Below, piece after piece: positions 24,860 through 38,062 of a stretch of 64,000 nucleotides of DNA. Both the position numbers and the translations under genes were made by a program. The number at the start of each line of letters is the position of its first letter. The first letter of the stretch is position 1. Origin of the DNA: Stegostoma tigrinum (taxonomy: Eukaryota); contig NC_081360.1 of the NCBI RefSeq assembly GCF_030684315.1, positions 73,087,780 through 73,151,779 of the forward strand. The letters are read 5' to 3'. The notes beneath the pieces were generated by a model. The model did no database searches and was not told where the DNA came from. It was given only the letters and a program-made list of their open reading frames with translations.

Positions 24860-27590
24860 CTGTTCTCTTTCTCCCTCCCCTTTTGAATAGATGAGTTACA
24901 CTTAAAATTTTCCAATCTAATGAAACCTACCTCAAATCAAGGGAATTTTTGGAAAATTAAAATCAAGTCTCCAGGCTGAGGTTCATCAGTATCCAAGGAC
25001 TTGTCAGCCCACAATTCCAAGAAATTTGCTTAGTACCACTTCCCTTGCTGATTGTAACTTTGTCGAACATTACCCGCCTTTCCTGATATAACACCGTTTC
25101 CAGGGTGTTACAAATATCTTCTATAGTAAAGGCCAATACAGAATACCTGCTCCATTCATCTCTTTATTTTCCAATATTAACTCCCCAGATTCACTTTCTG
25201 TAGGAATAACGTTTACTTTCTTAACTCTTCTCTGTTGTTGACTATCTATAGAAACTTTTACCATCTGTTTAAATGTCTAGCCAGCTTTTTCTCCTCCTCT
25301 AATTTTTCTGCCCTTATCAATTAATAGTCATTCCTTGCTTCTTTTAATATTCTGTCCTGCTGCCCATCTTTGCACAATTACATACTTTTTCTTTAATGTG
25401 CTATCTTTAACCTTAATGTGCTATCTTTAACCTTTACTTAGCTTCAAATGATGGGTCTCACACTTGGATTTCTTTTTCTTTCTTCTTAGAATGTTTCTAT
25501 TTTGGGTTTCTTAAATGTCTGCCACTCTATCTATATCTCTGTTCTTTAACCTAGTTTGCTAATGTACTTTAGCTAGTTCTTTCATGCCCTCACCATTTTC
25601 TTTATTTAAATTTAAAACATTAGTCTTAGATGCATTGTCATTCGCTTAAAATGAATTTAAAATTTAATCATATAATGGTTGCTGTTACTTGGAGGTAACT
25701 TCACCATGGGGTCATTAATTAATTTTACTTCACTGCATGTTGCCATGGTAGAACCTGATCTGTTTGGCTCCAGAATGTGATGTTCTAAGAACCCATCCTT
25801 AAAACACTTGATGGACTGCTCATGTGCATGCATATGCTCATCTGTATTTAGGTTATTCCTTTCTATTGTGCTAATACTGACTGTTAGTTAACAGCCATCC
25901 CTCCACCTGCCATGCTTTTGCATCATCCAGTAACCATTCCCCTCCATGTACAGGATTCCAGCTACATTACAGGTCAGAAGCCCCTAGCAAAACTCTTTGT
26001 CCCCTCTCCCCACTAACCCACCGACACCAGTGATCTCAGAGTGCAGGAGCCACCTCTCTGACCCACAAGGTGCCTGTGACTTCGGAGCCAAACACTGTCT
26101 CCACCCACTGAAGTGGCAGCCAAAGCAGCAGAACTGTTAGACTCCACCTAAACTCATCGACAGCCTCAGGGATTATTTGCACCTAACTGTAGCGAATGTG
26201 GCTAGGAACAAACAAAGGCCCAAACAGGCAGCTCAAAACCCAACGAGCAAAGGCCACTCAGCATAGCTCCCTGGCAAGGCCCAACTCCTGGCTTTACAGT
26301 CGGAGGGTGCACTGTAGGAAGTACTGTAATTAATATACTACATGTTTCCTTTTCACAAGAAATATTCAAAATTACTTTAACAGTTTTATTTACCAATGTA
26401 GGAACTTAATTGTTTAAAATACTGTATTTCGACTTCGAAGCATAATGTTATAATTCATTTCTCTGTTCAGGTGGGCCCAATAAAAAGCCTTCACTTCTGA
26501 GGAAGGGTCACTGGATTTGAAACATTAACTCTGCTTTCTCTCCCTGATGCTGACTGACCTCCTGCATTTTCCCAGCAATTTCTGATTTTGTTTCTAATGG
26601 AACCTAACTAGCCTTAACTTTGATTCTTACAGGAATCTTACTTAAAATTGCAATTTGTAGGAACACAGCACTTGGCTTTAAGTGAGGAAACCCTAGATAT
26701 TAGCCACAATCATCTGCTCTAATTTTGCTCGCTAACTTCTTGTGTGGGATCTTATCAAAAGCGTTTTGAAAGTTTCACTACTTATTGGTTTGCTTTTACC
26801 TATTTTGCAGTTACATCCTCAAAAACTTCAACACCTTCATCAAACAAGATTTCCCCTTCATATATCAATACTGATTCTGCCAAGTCCCACTACTAATTTC
26901 TAAATGTCTCATCTCCACATTCTTTACAACTGATTTTAAAATTTCCCCTATTATTGATGTCAAGCTGACAGGTCTGTAGTTATTTATTTTCTCTCTCCCT
27001 CCTTCCTTAACTGGTGGTGTTCTCTTTTCTACTCTCCTAACCACAGAAACCATTCCAAAATCTAGCACTTGCAAATTGACATCCATTGTCTCCACAGCCA
27101 CCTCGTTCAATACTCTTAGATATTGATCATCAGGTCCATGGTATTTGGTATTTTTCGATCCCATTAATTTCTGCATTTCTACATTTTTTATGAACTTTTT
27201 AAAAATTCTTCTTTCTTGTTAATCCCATTGGTTTTCCAGTTTTCTTTGCTCTTTGAAGACAGATGCAGTTTTTTTTAGTATTTTTTAAAAATTAGTCTTT
27301 GGCTCTCCATTACAAAATTCTAAAATCCTCAAATTTCTACTTTTTTTGGCAATTTTATAAGCCTCTTCCTTCAGTCTAATACAATCCGTTACTTCTCTTG
27401 TTAGATGTACTGTGATCACCTTTCTCGATGGATCTTTGTGCCTCGAAGAAGTATAAGTTTGCCTAGATTTTAAGACGCTAATTTTGGATTGAACCATGTC
27501 ACTTTCAAACATAATATAGAAATCAATTGTATTGTAATTATTCTTTCTTAGAGGCTCTTTGATGAATCTATAAATTACTTGTGAATAGTA
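24860..27590 (-). mobile_element. Highly decayed CR1-like LINE remnants, interrupted
   Basis: Minus-strand remnants such as KEGGREKINNYRPVSLTS (26865-27176); boundaries approximate. Confidence 0.65.
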
Positions 27591-27820
27591 CACACTGCAC
27601 CAAGTTGCGCTGTTTACGATAGACTGTGGGTGTAAGGCTGAAGGATGTAAGACCGATCAAGTGGAATGCTTTCGACTGAATTATAATGAGCCTGGTTTTA
27701 ATAGCTCCATATTTGTAAGATAGCAAAATGATGAACTAAAAGATTGCTTTATTTATATTATCTATTTCATGCAGAAAACAGAATTCTTGAATTTCTAATA
27801 CTTACTTTAAAAACCCTTAC

Positions 27821-28478
27821 CTTTGTGTTGCATCTCATTGTGATAAATTCCATAAACCTTTTCATGGGCACTGATTATATTCCTGATTGCCAAAGGTCCA
27901 GCGTGCTGCAGCTTATGTTTGGATTTTATTAATTCTGAAGGGTTATCAAATGTTATCCAGGTTTCAACTTTATCTCCAAAAGTTGCAAATGCAAATCGCA
28001 CGTAGTCCACAAATAAATCAACAAGTGCTTCATTCTCCCAGCCACCATATTTTTCAATCAGCTCTTGAGGCATGCCACTGTCATGCAGAACCAGCAAAGG
28101 TTTGAGATTTGCAATTATTATCACATTTAGGAGATTTGAATGGCATTTTATTAAATCATTATCCATTTTATCAGATGTACCTTCAGGCAGAATTTTAGTC
28201 CAGGGAAGGATTACTTTGTAATGGGAAATTCCTTTTTTATGTAGATTGGAAAGGTAATCTTTTAGGTGGCTTGAAAGAGCGTCCTGGCAAAAGTACTGTG
28301 CCTCCTCTTGCACACTGAAGTTGTTCTTCTGGTCTTTCTTTTCATCTTCTGCTAAATTCTTCACCAGAACATTTGTCAATGGACCAGCGATTACCATAAA
28401 ATCAGACGATAATTTTATTTCTGCATCAGACAAACCTATAAAAACTATGAAGAAGAAAATACTCCTGAGCGGCCCCAT
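27821..28478 (-). CDS. LCT: LCT exon 1 (signal peptide plus degenerate GH1 domain I)
   Basis: ATG in strong context (AAAATGG), hydrophobic signal MGPLRSIFFFIVFIGLSDA, FMVIAGPLTN, ISHYKVILPWTKILPEG, FATFGDKVETWITF; G|GTAAG donor at 27820-27819; 658 nt. Confidence 0.93.
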
Positions 28479-28499
28479 TTTACCGGTCGTTTGTGGTAG

Positions 28500-28630
28500 A
28501 CAAGGGATAAGTCTCTATATCATAAATAGCAGGATGTAAATAGGCACTTTGTAACTCCTCAACTGTTATTGGAGGGCCAATTTATATTTCATTGTTTACA
28601 ACTCATCATGTAATAAAATGTTAGATAACA
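28500..28630 (-). promoter_or_regulatory. Putative LCT proximal promoter
   Basis: TATA-like TATTTATGATATAG (minus, about 28515-28528) 40-50 nt upstream of the ATG; CDX-type motifs (GTAAA 28536-28540, GTAATAAAA 28610-28618); TGTTTAC 28593-28599; AGATAA 28623-28628. Short motifs in AT-rich DNA, so low specificity. Confidence 0.5.
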
Positions 28631-29230
28631 GAAGTTGCTTAACAGGAAAAGGGCCTCACTTGAATCGAAGTCTAAACATAACATGAACAAATATTTTTTA
28701 CTCCTGTGATGCTGCTTGGCCTGCTGTGTTCATCCAGCTCTACACCTTGGATTCTCCAGCATCTGCAGTTCCTATTATCTCTGAGATTTTTTACCCCAGT
28801 GCATTCTCCTCCTCTGTTAAACGGGGGCTATTACCTGACAGATATAGATTCATCTCTAATGCTTTCCAACAGTAGTAGTAGTAATTCTTTTTGTGATTGT
28901 GATTAACAGTAAGTCTACTTAACACTGGCAGGGGTAAAATCAGACTTGTGATATTGTATCTACAATTTTCAGCTTAGATTGCTCCAGATGAAGTTCTGAG
29001 TAGGAGTCACTAGATCCAAAACTTTAACTCTGATATTTTCTTCACAGAAGCTGCCAGACCTGCTGAGCTTTTCCAGCAATTTTGTTTTTTATATCAGATC
29101 ATGTGCTCCTTCCAAATTCAAGGGCAGCTCTTGATGCTGATATAAAACACATTCTTCTTCTTTTATGCCTTCAACTGATCATCAGATGTGTCACGGAAGA
29201 TCAACTATGACAAACATAATTAAATAGAAA

Positions 29231-29472
29231 CATTTATAAAGTTTTTGAGAAGATTTGCAGGTTGGATTGTGGATGAGGTTATAGACATGCTTGCCGAGCC
29301 GGTGGGTTTGGTTGCAAATGTTTCGTCACCCTGCTAGGTAACATTGTCAGTGCGCCTCCGGTGAAGTGTCGGTGTTCTGTCCCTCTTGTTATTTGCAAAC
29401 CGATGTTAACTAGCAGGGTGACGAAACATTTGCAACCAAACCTACAAGCTCGCCGAACATATCTACAACCTC
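29231..29472. repeat. Self-inverted family C element
   Basis: 29274-29346 inverted against 29403-29473; TSD AAATAGAAA at 29222-29230 and 29473-29481. Confidence 0.8.
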
Positions 29473-31000
29473 AAATAGAAATGCTGTCATGCGATCAACT
29501 AATCTGGAAGAATTGGGCAATGGCATTAATGCGGTCATAATGCTACAGAGTAACATTGTTTGGAAAGTTCGATAAAATGCTATGACTAATAAAAGCTTGA
29601 ATTAACTCCCTTGTTACCAAACTAGCATGGGTAAGTATATTTTATACGTAGCAACTCTAAAATTAATTGCTAAGTGGAGACAAGAACTTGAAGCTTCTCA
29701 TCTTGGACTCATCAGGACTAGGACACAAAAGTTGAGAAAAGAGACACAAAATTATACAGCATGAGAAGAAGTCACTGATTGATTCAGCCATCATTGGCAT
29801 AGAGCTGCAGCAAGAACAGTTAACTGTCAATCTTAGCTCTTAGACCAGGCATGTAGATTCCGATTGGTCAGGGTTTTGCCACAGGAATGCAGCAGAGATT
29901 GGTGGTCTTCATAATCTGCCTATTCCAGCCTTGAATATGCCTAATGAACCAACCCATACAGACCTTGACAACAAAGAATTCCATGGATTAATTACCCTGT
30001 AAGATGAGAAATATCTTAAATAGGCAACCTCTTACTCTGAGTGTGGCCCTAGAGCCCCACACAAGGTGAAACAACCTCTCCGCATCAACCCTGTCAAGTC
30101 TGCTACTAATCATATATATTTCAACAAAATTGCTTCTCTTTCTTCTAAACTCCAATGACTAAAGGCCAAACAAACTCAGCCTCTCCCAGTAAAGTAGTCC
30201 TTCCATATCCTCATATCCATGGTAATTTCTGGGAATTCATTATGCCTACATAAAACAGAGTGTTAACATTTCTAGAGAAGGGCCCAGACCTGAGGGGTGA
30301 ACTTTCCTGCTCCTCTGATGCTGCTTGGCCTGCTGTGTTCATCCAGCTCTACACCTTGTTATCTCATATTAATATATGTAGCAGCTAGTACATGGAAATG
30401 TATCACTCTCCCAGCCTGACTGATGGTCTTAAATTGGTTTGCATTGCAATTTTCAGCATAGTTCAGGTTATTCAATAAATGATGTCCAATGACAGAATCA
30501 CATCCAATAGTGTAGATACTGCTGTGAAGCTGGCAACAATGGCTGGTTGAGCATATATGGCACGCTGCCTGTTGTGAATGGTCAATCAGACACTGTAAGC
30601 TTTTATTCTCACTTGCCCTGATCTATCAGGTTTACTCAGGATATCAATATTCCATGGCAGTTCTAACAACAGAGGGTACCCAAAGTTCTTTATTAAAAAA
30701 AGTACACTACTAGAAGTACGACAAAAATCTTACACACACAATGTTAACAATCACAAGTGAATCCATTTTTGTGGAGTTGTGTGAAAATCAGACCAGAACA
30801 GGAGATTGGCCTCCTCTGTCCCAATCTTGAATCACTGATCAAATGACCCCTCCTGAGCTAGATAACTGTGCTCTGAGGTAAGCCTTCCTTATACCCTTTT
30901 CTACACAAAGAAGCTGTATATTCAAATATTGACATTGTCCAGTCTCCAGTAAATGATCAGTTTAACCGCAGGTAAACATCACAAATATGCAGTTTACCAC

Positions 31001-31144
31001 GATAACAAAGTGTGGAGCTGGATGAACACAGCAGGCCAAGCAGCATCTTAGGAGCTAAGATACTGCTTGGCCTGCTGTGTTCATCCAACTCCACACTTTG
31101 TTATCTCGGATTCTCCAGCATCTGCAGTTCCCATTATCTCTGAC
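31001..31144. repeat. Self-inverted family A short element
   Basis: 31001-31050 inverted against 31056-31105; TSD GCAGTTTACCA at 30989-30999 and 31145-31155. Confidence 0.9.
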
Positions 31145-31341
31145 GCAGTTTACCATGTTCAGTTTGATTAATTGCTTATTAAGACTTCCTTGTGTCTCCC
31201 TGGAAAGAAACTTATCTCCTGAACTTGATAACTTTAACCTCAGGCCAAATTATTCAAGCTGACACCACCTTTGTCATCCAAACATCCATAGCATATTTAC
31301 ACAGCACCATTTCATAGCACTCACATACTCAGTTACCAAGT

Positions 31342-31812
31342 ACTGCAGCCCAATGGTATCAATGTGGACTTCACAATCTCCAAAATCTCCCCTCCCCCAA
31401 CCACATCCCAAAACCAGCCCAGCTCGTCCCCGTCTCCCTGCCTGTCTGTCCTTCCTCCCACCTATCCACTTCTCCCACCTCAAGCCCCACCCCCAACTCC
31501 TACCTTCCAGCCTCATCCTGCCTCCTTGACCTGTCCATCCTCCCTGGACTGAACTATCCCCACCCTAACTCCCCACCCACACTCACCTTTACTGGCTCCA
31601 TCCCCACCTCTTTGACCTGTCTGTCTCCTCTTCACCTATCTCATTTAACTATCTTCCATCCGCTTCCCCCCCCCACCTCTCTATTTATTTCAGAATCCCC
31701 TTCCCCCCTCCCCCATTTCTGAAGAAGGGTCCAGACCTAGAATGTCAGCTTCCCTGCTCCTCTGATTGTGCTTGGCCTGCTGCATTCCTCCAGTTCTACA
31801 CCTTGTTATCTT
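31342..31812 (+). mobile_element. Penelope-like 3' fragment, family A
   Basis: CTGCAGCCCAATGGTATCAATGTGGACTTCAC and downstream tract match 49297-49815. Confidence 0.9.
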
Positions 31813-32409
31813 AGCTACTAAATAGTACATATTATGACATCTGATTCACTGTGAATGTTTTAAACAGAACTTGAACTCTTTCAGAGTTAGTGTGATAATC
31901 CATTACTGCTGGCTACAGCACTAAATCTAAACATACACACATTCCTTCAGCAAAACTTAGAATCACTTGAACACAAGTGACAAGTGACGTTCCAAATTGT
32001 TAGGTCATCACCAGCCTTCACACATTTTTCCTCATTTCATTTCATTTTATTTAACTTCATTTTGCCTTACCCATCAAATTTTAGGTTAATACTTACACCA
32101 TGTTGATGAACAGTCACTGGGTTTCAAATATTAATTCTGTTTCTCTCTACACATGATTCCAGACCTGCTGAGTTTCTTTACCACTTTCTGCTTTTTGTTT
32201 CAGATGTACAACATGTTGTATGATACAGCTTGCCAGTTTTTGGGCTGTATGATCTACATGCCTGACATCACACCAGCACTGAAACTTGCATTTCACAATA
32301 TTCATCTGCGTTGTAGGGAAAATATCTTTCCCACTTCAAGGGATCATTCCTTTAGTGGAGAAAACCACTTTGGTTTATTGCAAAGCAGCAAAGTGAGATG
32401 GCTAGCTTC

Positions 32410-33030
32410 ATCTATTGGTCAAATGTCTGAGAAACGTCTCCTCCAAGGTTAATCTGAGATAGATTGATACCACTCAGGATCAAAGACCTGGCAACATAGG
32501 CCCCTTCCTGAGGTTGTCAATAAGGTTGATTTGTTGTGTATGGAATGGTAGGAATCCCAATGTATACACTGACCAGTCAATGTGGGCTTTGGTACATAAT
32601 AGTAGAGAACCCATTGGCAGATCTATCAGAAGACAAACACATTGACATTTGTACTATATGACTATATCAAGACAATATTAATGGGTCTTCAGTGTCTGGA
32701 TCTCTTTTTATCAAGCTACAATCTGCTGAAAGAATATGTTTTCTGGGCAATGTAGCATTGGATTCAGTTTCATGCATTACAAGATCAATCTTATTGGCAA
32801 CCTTGTGATTCAGCCCAACTGTTTGTGATATGAATTTCAGCGCCGGTGTGATGCTACATATAGGGGCTGTAAATCCCAACAATAGGTTGGTCATATCAAA
32901 CAACATTCTATTGACCATTTGTAGTAGGCGCTAATCCCATTGTAATTAACCAGCCCGTGCTGGCAAGCCCCAGAACAGTATTTTCACCATTAGATGTGAT
33001 GCTGCTATTGGAAATCATTCATTAAATAAT
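32410..33030 (-). mobile_element. Old Penelope-like RT remnant of a different family
   Basis: Minus-strand PALKFI and STIMYQSP.LTGQ..HWDSY resemble Penelope RT thumb motifs. Confidence 0.5.
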
Positions 33031-33720
33031 CTGGACTGAGCAACCAATTACACTAAAGACCAATTTCAGATCATCAGTTGGGTTTGCAGTATGGTACATT
33101 ATTGCATGTCGAAGCTATGGAGTTTAAAAGACAGGCCCCTTGATCTATGTAGGCAGGAATTTGTACGTAGATGGTTCATTTTTCATGAAACAAGAGGGAT
33201 TGGGTAGCCTTCCCTTTAATTCTTTTTCTTTTGACATGAACCTCTAAAAGTCCGCACACAGCAGCCATTGCAGAGTAAGCTGTGAGTGTTGCTAACCATG
33301 TTGGCACTTTGATTGCAGTGTGTGAAATGCCGGAGTGGTTTTGTGTATGTCCAGCTTAGACGGAACATTGATCATGGATTCTGCCAACCTCTCCCAGATT
33401 CATAGAATTAGCACACTGACCAATTAGAGTCTACATGCCTAGTCTGAGATTTAAGATTGATATTTAACTGTTTTCATTGTGTCTGTATGACACTGATGGA
33501 CTAATCAATCAGGGCCCTCTTCACTGCTGTATAAACTGGTGTCTCTTTCTTCAAGTGTGTCTCTTGTCCTGATGAGCCGAGACAAAAATATTGACTTCTT
33601 GTCTGTTTCATCAATATTTAGATTTTGTACAAGCAAGTAGTTATGGTGTTAATTGTATATTCCAAAGTTTACTTTAAAATCTTTTAACATTACAATTCCT
33701 AAATAAACAAGAACAAAGTT

Positions 33721-33939
33721 CAAGATAATGAAATGTGAGGCTGGATGAACACAGCAGGCCCAGCAGCATCTCAGGATCACAAAAGCTGATGTTTCGGGCC
33801 TAGACCCTTCATCAGATGAAGGGTCTAGGCCCAAAACGTCAGCTTTTGTGCTCCTGAGATGCTGCTGGGCCTGCTGTGTTCATCCAGCCTCACATTTCAT
33901 TATCTTGGATTCTCCAGCATTTGCGGTTCCCATTATCAC
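33721..33939. repeat. Self-inverted family A short element (93-bp arms, 1-nt centre)
   Basis: 33721-33813 is the near-perfect reverse complement of 33815-33907; 15-bp TSD AGAACAAAGTTCAAG at 33710-33724 and 33940-33954. Confidence 0.95.
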
Positions 33940-34961
33940 AGAACAAAGTTCAAGTGCTTTATATGACCACAATCTGTAGGTTAATTATACACCATTGTTA
34001 TTCTTGTGTGAGTTGTATTTTTCAGTGCAATGCTGATCAAGTATAACATTTAATTAGATGCATTTAAGTTATGCCTATGAACAATTCGCTGCAGACTTTT
34101 TAAAAACTAATACTTCATTTTGCTTCTTTGACACTTCCAATATATTGTATAATAACTAATAGAAGTAATCATGGTAAGCACTGAGGCATTTCAATGAGTG
34201 TGCACACAAGCTGAAAAACCCCCAAACTACTTCTCAGTGGCACAATCCACCAAAAAAGCAGGTATTTGGGTGACCAAAAGCTTGGCCAAAGGTGCAGGCT
34301 TTAACAAGCTGAGTACTTACTTCAGGAAACCTATTTATAGGTGATTATTGTGAAAATCTCGACCCCCGGTGGGGCCCCTTGGTTCCGCAATCAGTCAATG
34401 AACACTCGCAATCGGTCTGGCTGTTTAACGCTTAACTCTTTATTTCTTCAATACGGCTGGGTACAGATCATCCAGAAACACAGAAGTTGAGCTCTTCTGT
34501 ATTCTTCGGAGGAGCTGCACACAGAAATCAATACAAAGACATTTTATATTTTTCTTAAAGCAGGCTACAAGGTGTGCTCGTACAGTATATTCAAACAATT
34601 ACCAATCAGTATATAATAATGCTTCATTGACAGTTACTAAGTCCAATGATATTAACTGATAAACAACTTATGTCACTACACTTAGATCATTTTTTATCTT
34701 ACTACAGAGAGCTGCTGCACCTGCACTTGAAGGTCAGTCAGAGCGGTTAGTACTTCTCTATCTTATCAGGTTACTGCTGTATTCTGAAAGGCGCATTGTC
34801 TACTAATCTTCCTTTGCAGCAGTCTGAGGGTTAGTGATTTATGTTGCTCTGGCACAATTAATAAAGTTCACAGCCTAGAAGCCATTTTGTTGTGCTAACT
34901 TGCATCGAGAAGTCATTTTGTGCCTGTATCCAAGTTTCAGATTCTCACTTGTACTGCCCAA

Positions 34962-35152
34962 CAATGTTCCCTCTAAGTTTCCTTGTACTATGTGGGCTAT
35001 AAACTTCTGAGCGAGCATTACTTTTTCCTGTTCATGGGCAAATTACAGTTCAAAAGTCAACTTCCATAAAGTTAAGAGAAATTTGTTGATTTCAGTGCAG
35101 TATATTACACATTACTGTGTTGTGGTCACACATGCACCTTAGAGGAAAATTG
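34962..35152. mobile_element. Possible MITE with terminal inverted repeats
   Basis: CAATGTTCCCTCTAAG ... CTTAGAGGAAAATTG; no clear TSD. Confidence 0.4.
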
Positions 35153-35269
35153 TTGTTCTCAAGTATTCCTATTCTTCTTCTCTCAGGACCCATTCAATCT
35201 CTACTTCTCACCGGACTCAATAATCCATCTATCCTCCAACTGGCTACACTGCGTTCTCAATGCTCTCTC

Positions 35270-36130
35270 CCCATACTCCTGTAAGCCTCTTTGGTCGAGA
35301 AATCTATGTCTTTCTTAAGTATTTTCAGTGATTTGCCCTCCATAGTCTTACAGAGTAGAGAATTCTACACATTCGCTACTGTCTGAGTAAAAAAGTCCTT
35401 CTCCTGAGACCATGGTGCCATGTTGTGGACATTCTGGCCAGAGGATACATCATCCCTGCATTCAATCTGACCAGCCCTGTCAGTATCTTATAAATGAGAC
35501 CCACCCCACTCTGACCCCCCTCATTCTTCTAAACCCCAAAGAATATAAGTTTAGTTGACTAAAGTCTGTCTTCAAAAGAAAAACCTCTGCCTTCCTGGGA
35601 ATCATCCTGGAGAAAGCTTGCTATATTGCCCCTATGGTAATTATATCCTTTCTTAGGTTTGGAAGCTAAAACTGCACACAATGAATAGCCACATTAAGGT
35701 CCTGTTCAGCTTCAGCAAGACATCCTTATTCCTATATTCAAGCCATCTTGCAAGAAAGACTAATATATTATTTGCCTTCCTAACAGTTCACTACATCCGC
35801 ATTCTTGCTTTTAGTCACTGGTGTACAAGGACACCCAGCTTCCTTTGTACATCAACATTTCCCAATCTATTGATATTTAAATAATACACTCACATTCTGC
35901 TGTTGCTACCAACTTAGACAAATTCAGATGTATTCAAATTACACTGCAAATGCCTTGAATTTGGCCATTGACTCAACTTGTATAAGACTTTGTAAAACCT
36001 CTTTAATCCTCCTCACCACTCACAATTCCATCTAGTTTTGTGTCATTAGCAAGTCTGGAAATATTACATTTGATTCCTTGTCCAAATTGGTGAAATATGT
36101 TGTAAATATTTGGAGTTCAGTGGTTATCCA
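35270..36130 (-). mobile_element. Decayed CR1-like LINE 3' half
   Basis: Reverse complement resembles the RT C-terminal region (GGTGTCCTTGTACACCAG, GTGTGCAGTTTT) of the other CR1 copies. Confidence 0.7.
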
Positions 36131-36175
36131 TTAGTCACCAACTTCAATTCCACAAACAACCTTACCTATGCCTAT

Positions 36176-36319
36176 GAGATAGTAGGAAATGCGGATGCTG
36201 GAGAATTTGAGGAAAGCTGACATTTCAGGCCTAGGACCTAGGGTCTAGGCCAGAAACAACAGCTTTTCTGCTCCTCTGATGCTGCCTGGCCTGCTGTGTT
36301 CACCCAACTCTACATTTTG
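36176..36319. repeat. Self-inverted family A short element
   Basis: Head-to-head family A halves; TSD TTACCTATG(C/T)CTAT at 36162-36175 and 36320-36333. Confidence 0.8.
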
Positions 36320-37839
36320 TTACCTATGTCTATTCTTTGTTTTCTGTCTGAAACTAAAATCTCAATCAAAGCCCGAATATTTTCATGGTCATTTCATTTC
36401 ATGGCTCGGGGTAGAAATGATCAGGTTTAGGTACTCCTGCAATGATTTCAATTGTTAGAACTTGAAATGTGGCTGGCACATTCTTCATACCAAATGGCAT
36501 AACTTTAAAATGGTATAGTCCATTTGGTGTCACAAAAGCTGAAAATTTCTTTTGCTTTTTCAGATGAAGGTTCCTGCCAGTATCCTGTCTTATATTTCTA
36601 ACTTAGAAAGTCGTTCATCCTAATACAGTCTTCCAAATGTGGAATAAGAATAGGAATCAAAATTTGTAACTGCATTGAATTTGCAATAGTCCACACATAA
36701 TCATTGGACAGCATCTTGTTTTGGCACCATTACTGTGGGTGAGCTTCATTCCCTGCAACTCACTTCAATTATGTCATCTCTGAGCATGTTTTCAATCTTT
36801 CTGAATCTGTGCCAACTTCAGAGAGTTAAGCCTGTAAGGATGTTGATTAACTGGAACAGCATGTCCCATATTTATATCATGCATAATCAAATTATTACTT
36901 CCCAATTTATTCTCATGTACCTCCCCATGTAATTGTGATAACTCTTTCAGGCCATTTCAATTTTCCCCTGGAAGGTAACTCAATGATTTATTCCATTTTT
37001 GAGAACTTCCTCATTGTCCTATTTAACTTGATGAATGTCCAATTCCAAATCATCTGAACCATGTTCTTCACTCTGAGTTGTAACATTCCTTATCAAAATA
37101 CCTTTTGAGTATATTCAAATGACACATTCTGTGAGATTTCTTCTATCTGGCATTCTTATCAAGTAATTCACCACACTCAACGATTTGGTTTGATAAGGCC
37201 CACTAAACTTGCCTTCACAGGTTAACCTGTCACTGGGAATAACACTACACTTTATCTCTACCAGCAAAGTTGTGAATTTTTGATTTCTTGTTTGTTTCTT
37301 ATTTCATCACACGCTGTGCTACTTTTAAATGCAGTTTAGCCAACTCACCTGCTCTATTTAATCTCTAAAATTTAACATATAGCACAAGAACATTGTTTCT
37401 GAATGCTGATTCACCAATTTCTCCTTAATTAATTTCAGTGGCCCTCTCATCTCATGCCCCAAAATAAATTCAAATGGATTGAATTTCGTAGATTCATTAG
37501 GTGCATCACTAAATGCAAAAAATATAAATGGAATTCCCTTACCTCAATCCTTTAGACAATCTTGACCATAAGCCCTGAACATGGTCTCTAAAATTTGATG
37601 CCACCGTTCTAATACTTTCTGTGATTCTGGATGGTACATGATGGATTTGAATTGTTTTATTCCTTAACTACCCATACCTTCATTGAATAGCTTGATGTAA
37701 AATTTACCCTTGATCTGACTGTATTTCTGTGGGTAGTCCAGATCTAGTAACAATTTTAAGTAACTCTTCTACAATCCTTTCAGTCATGATGGAATGGTCT
37801 CTGGAAATCAGTCCCAAAGTCATACAACACCAGGTCATA

Positions 37840-38062
37840 AAAACTGAAAGAATTGTGGATGCTGTAAATCTGGAACAAAAACAGAAGTTGCTGGAAAAGC
37901 TCAGCAGGTCAGGCAGCATCTGTGAAGAAAAAAAATCACAGTTAATGTTTCAGGCTCGGTGGCCCTTCCTCAGAGGATCAGTGGACCCTAAACACTGACT
38001 CTTATCTTTTTCTTCACAGATGCTGTCAGACCCGTTGAGCTTGTCAGCAGCTTTTGTTTTTG
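37840..38062. repeat. Self-inverted family B element
   Basis: Inverted arms; diverged TSD ACACCAGGTCATA (37827-37839) / ACACTAGGTTATA (38063-38075). Confidence 0.85.

Noticed and set aside
1665-28478. LCT as a pseudogene, or as Klotho/LCTL
   Set aside because: All exons are open with consistent phases and canonical splice sites; the four-domain layout, SEVPSKAK linker, exon sizes and MCM6 linkage indicate LCT
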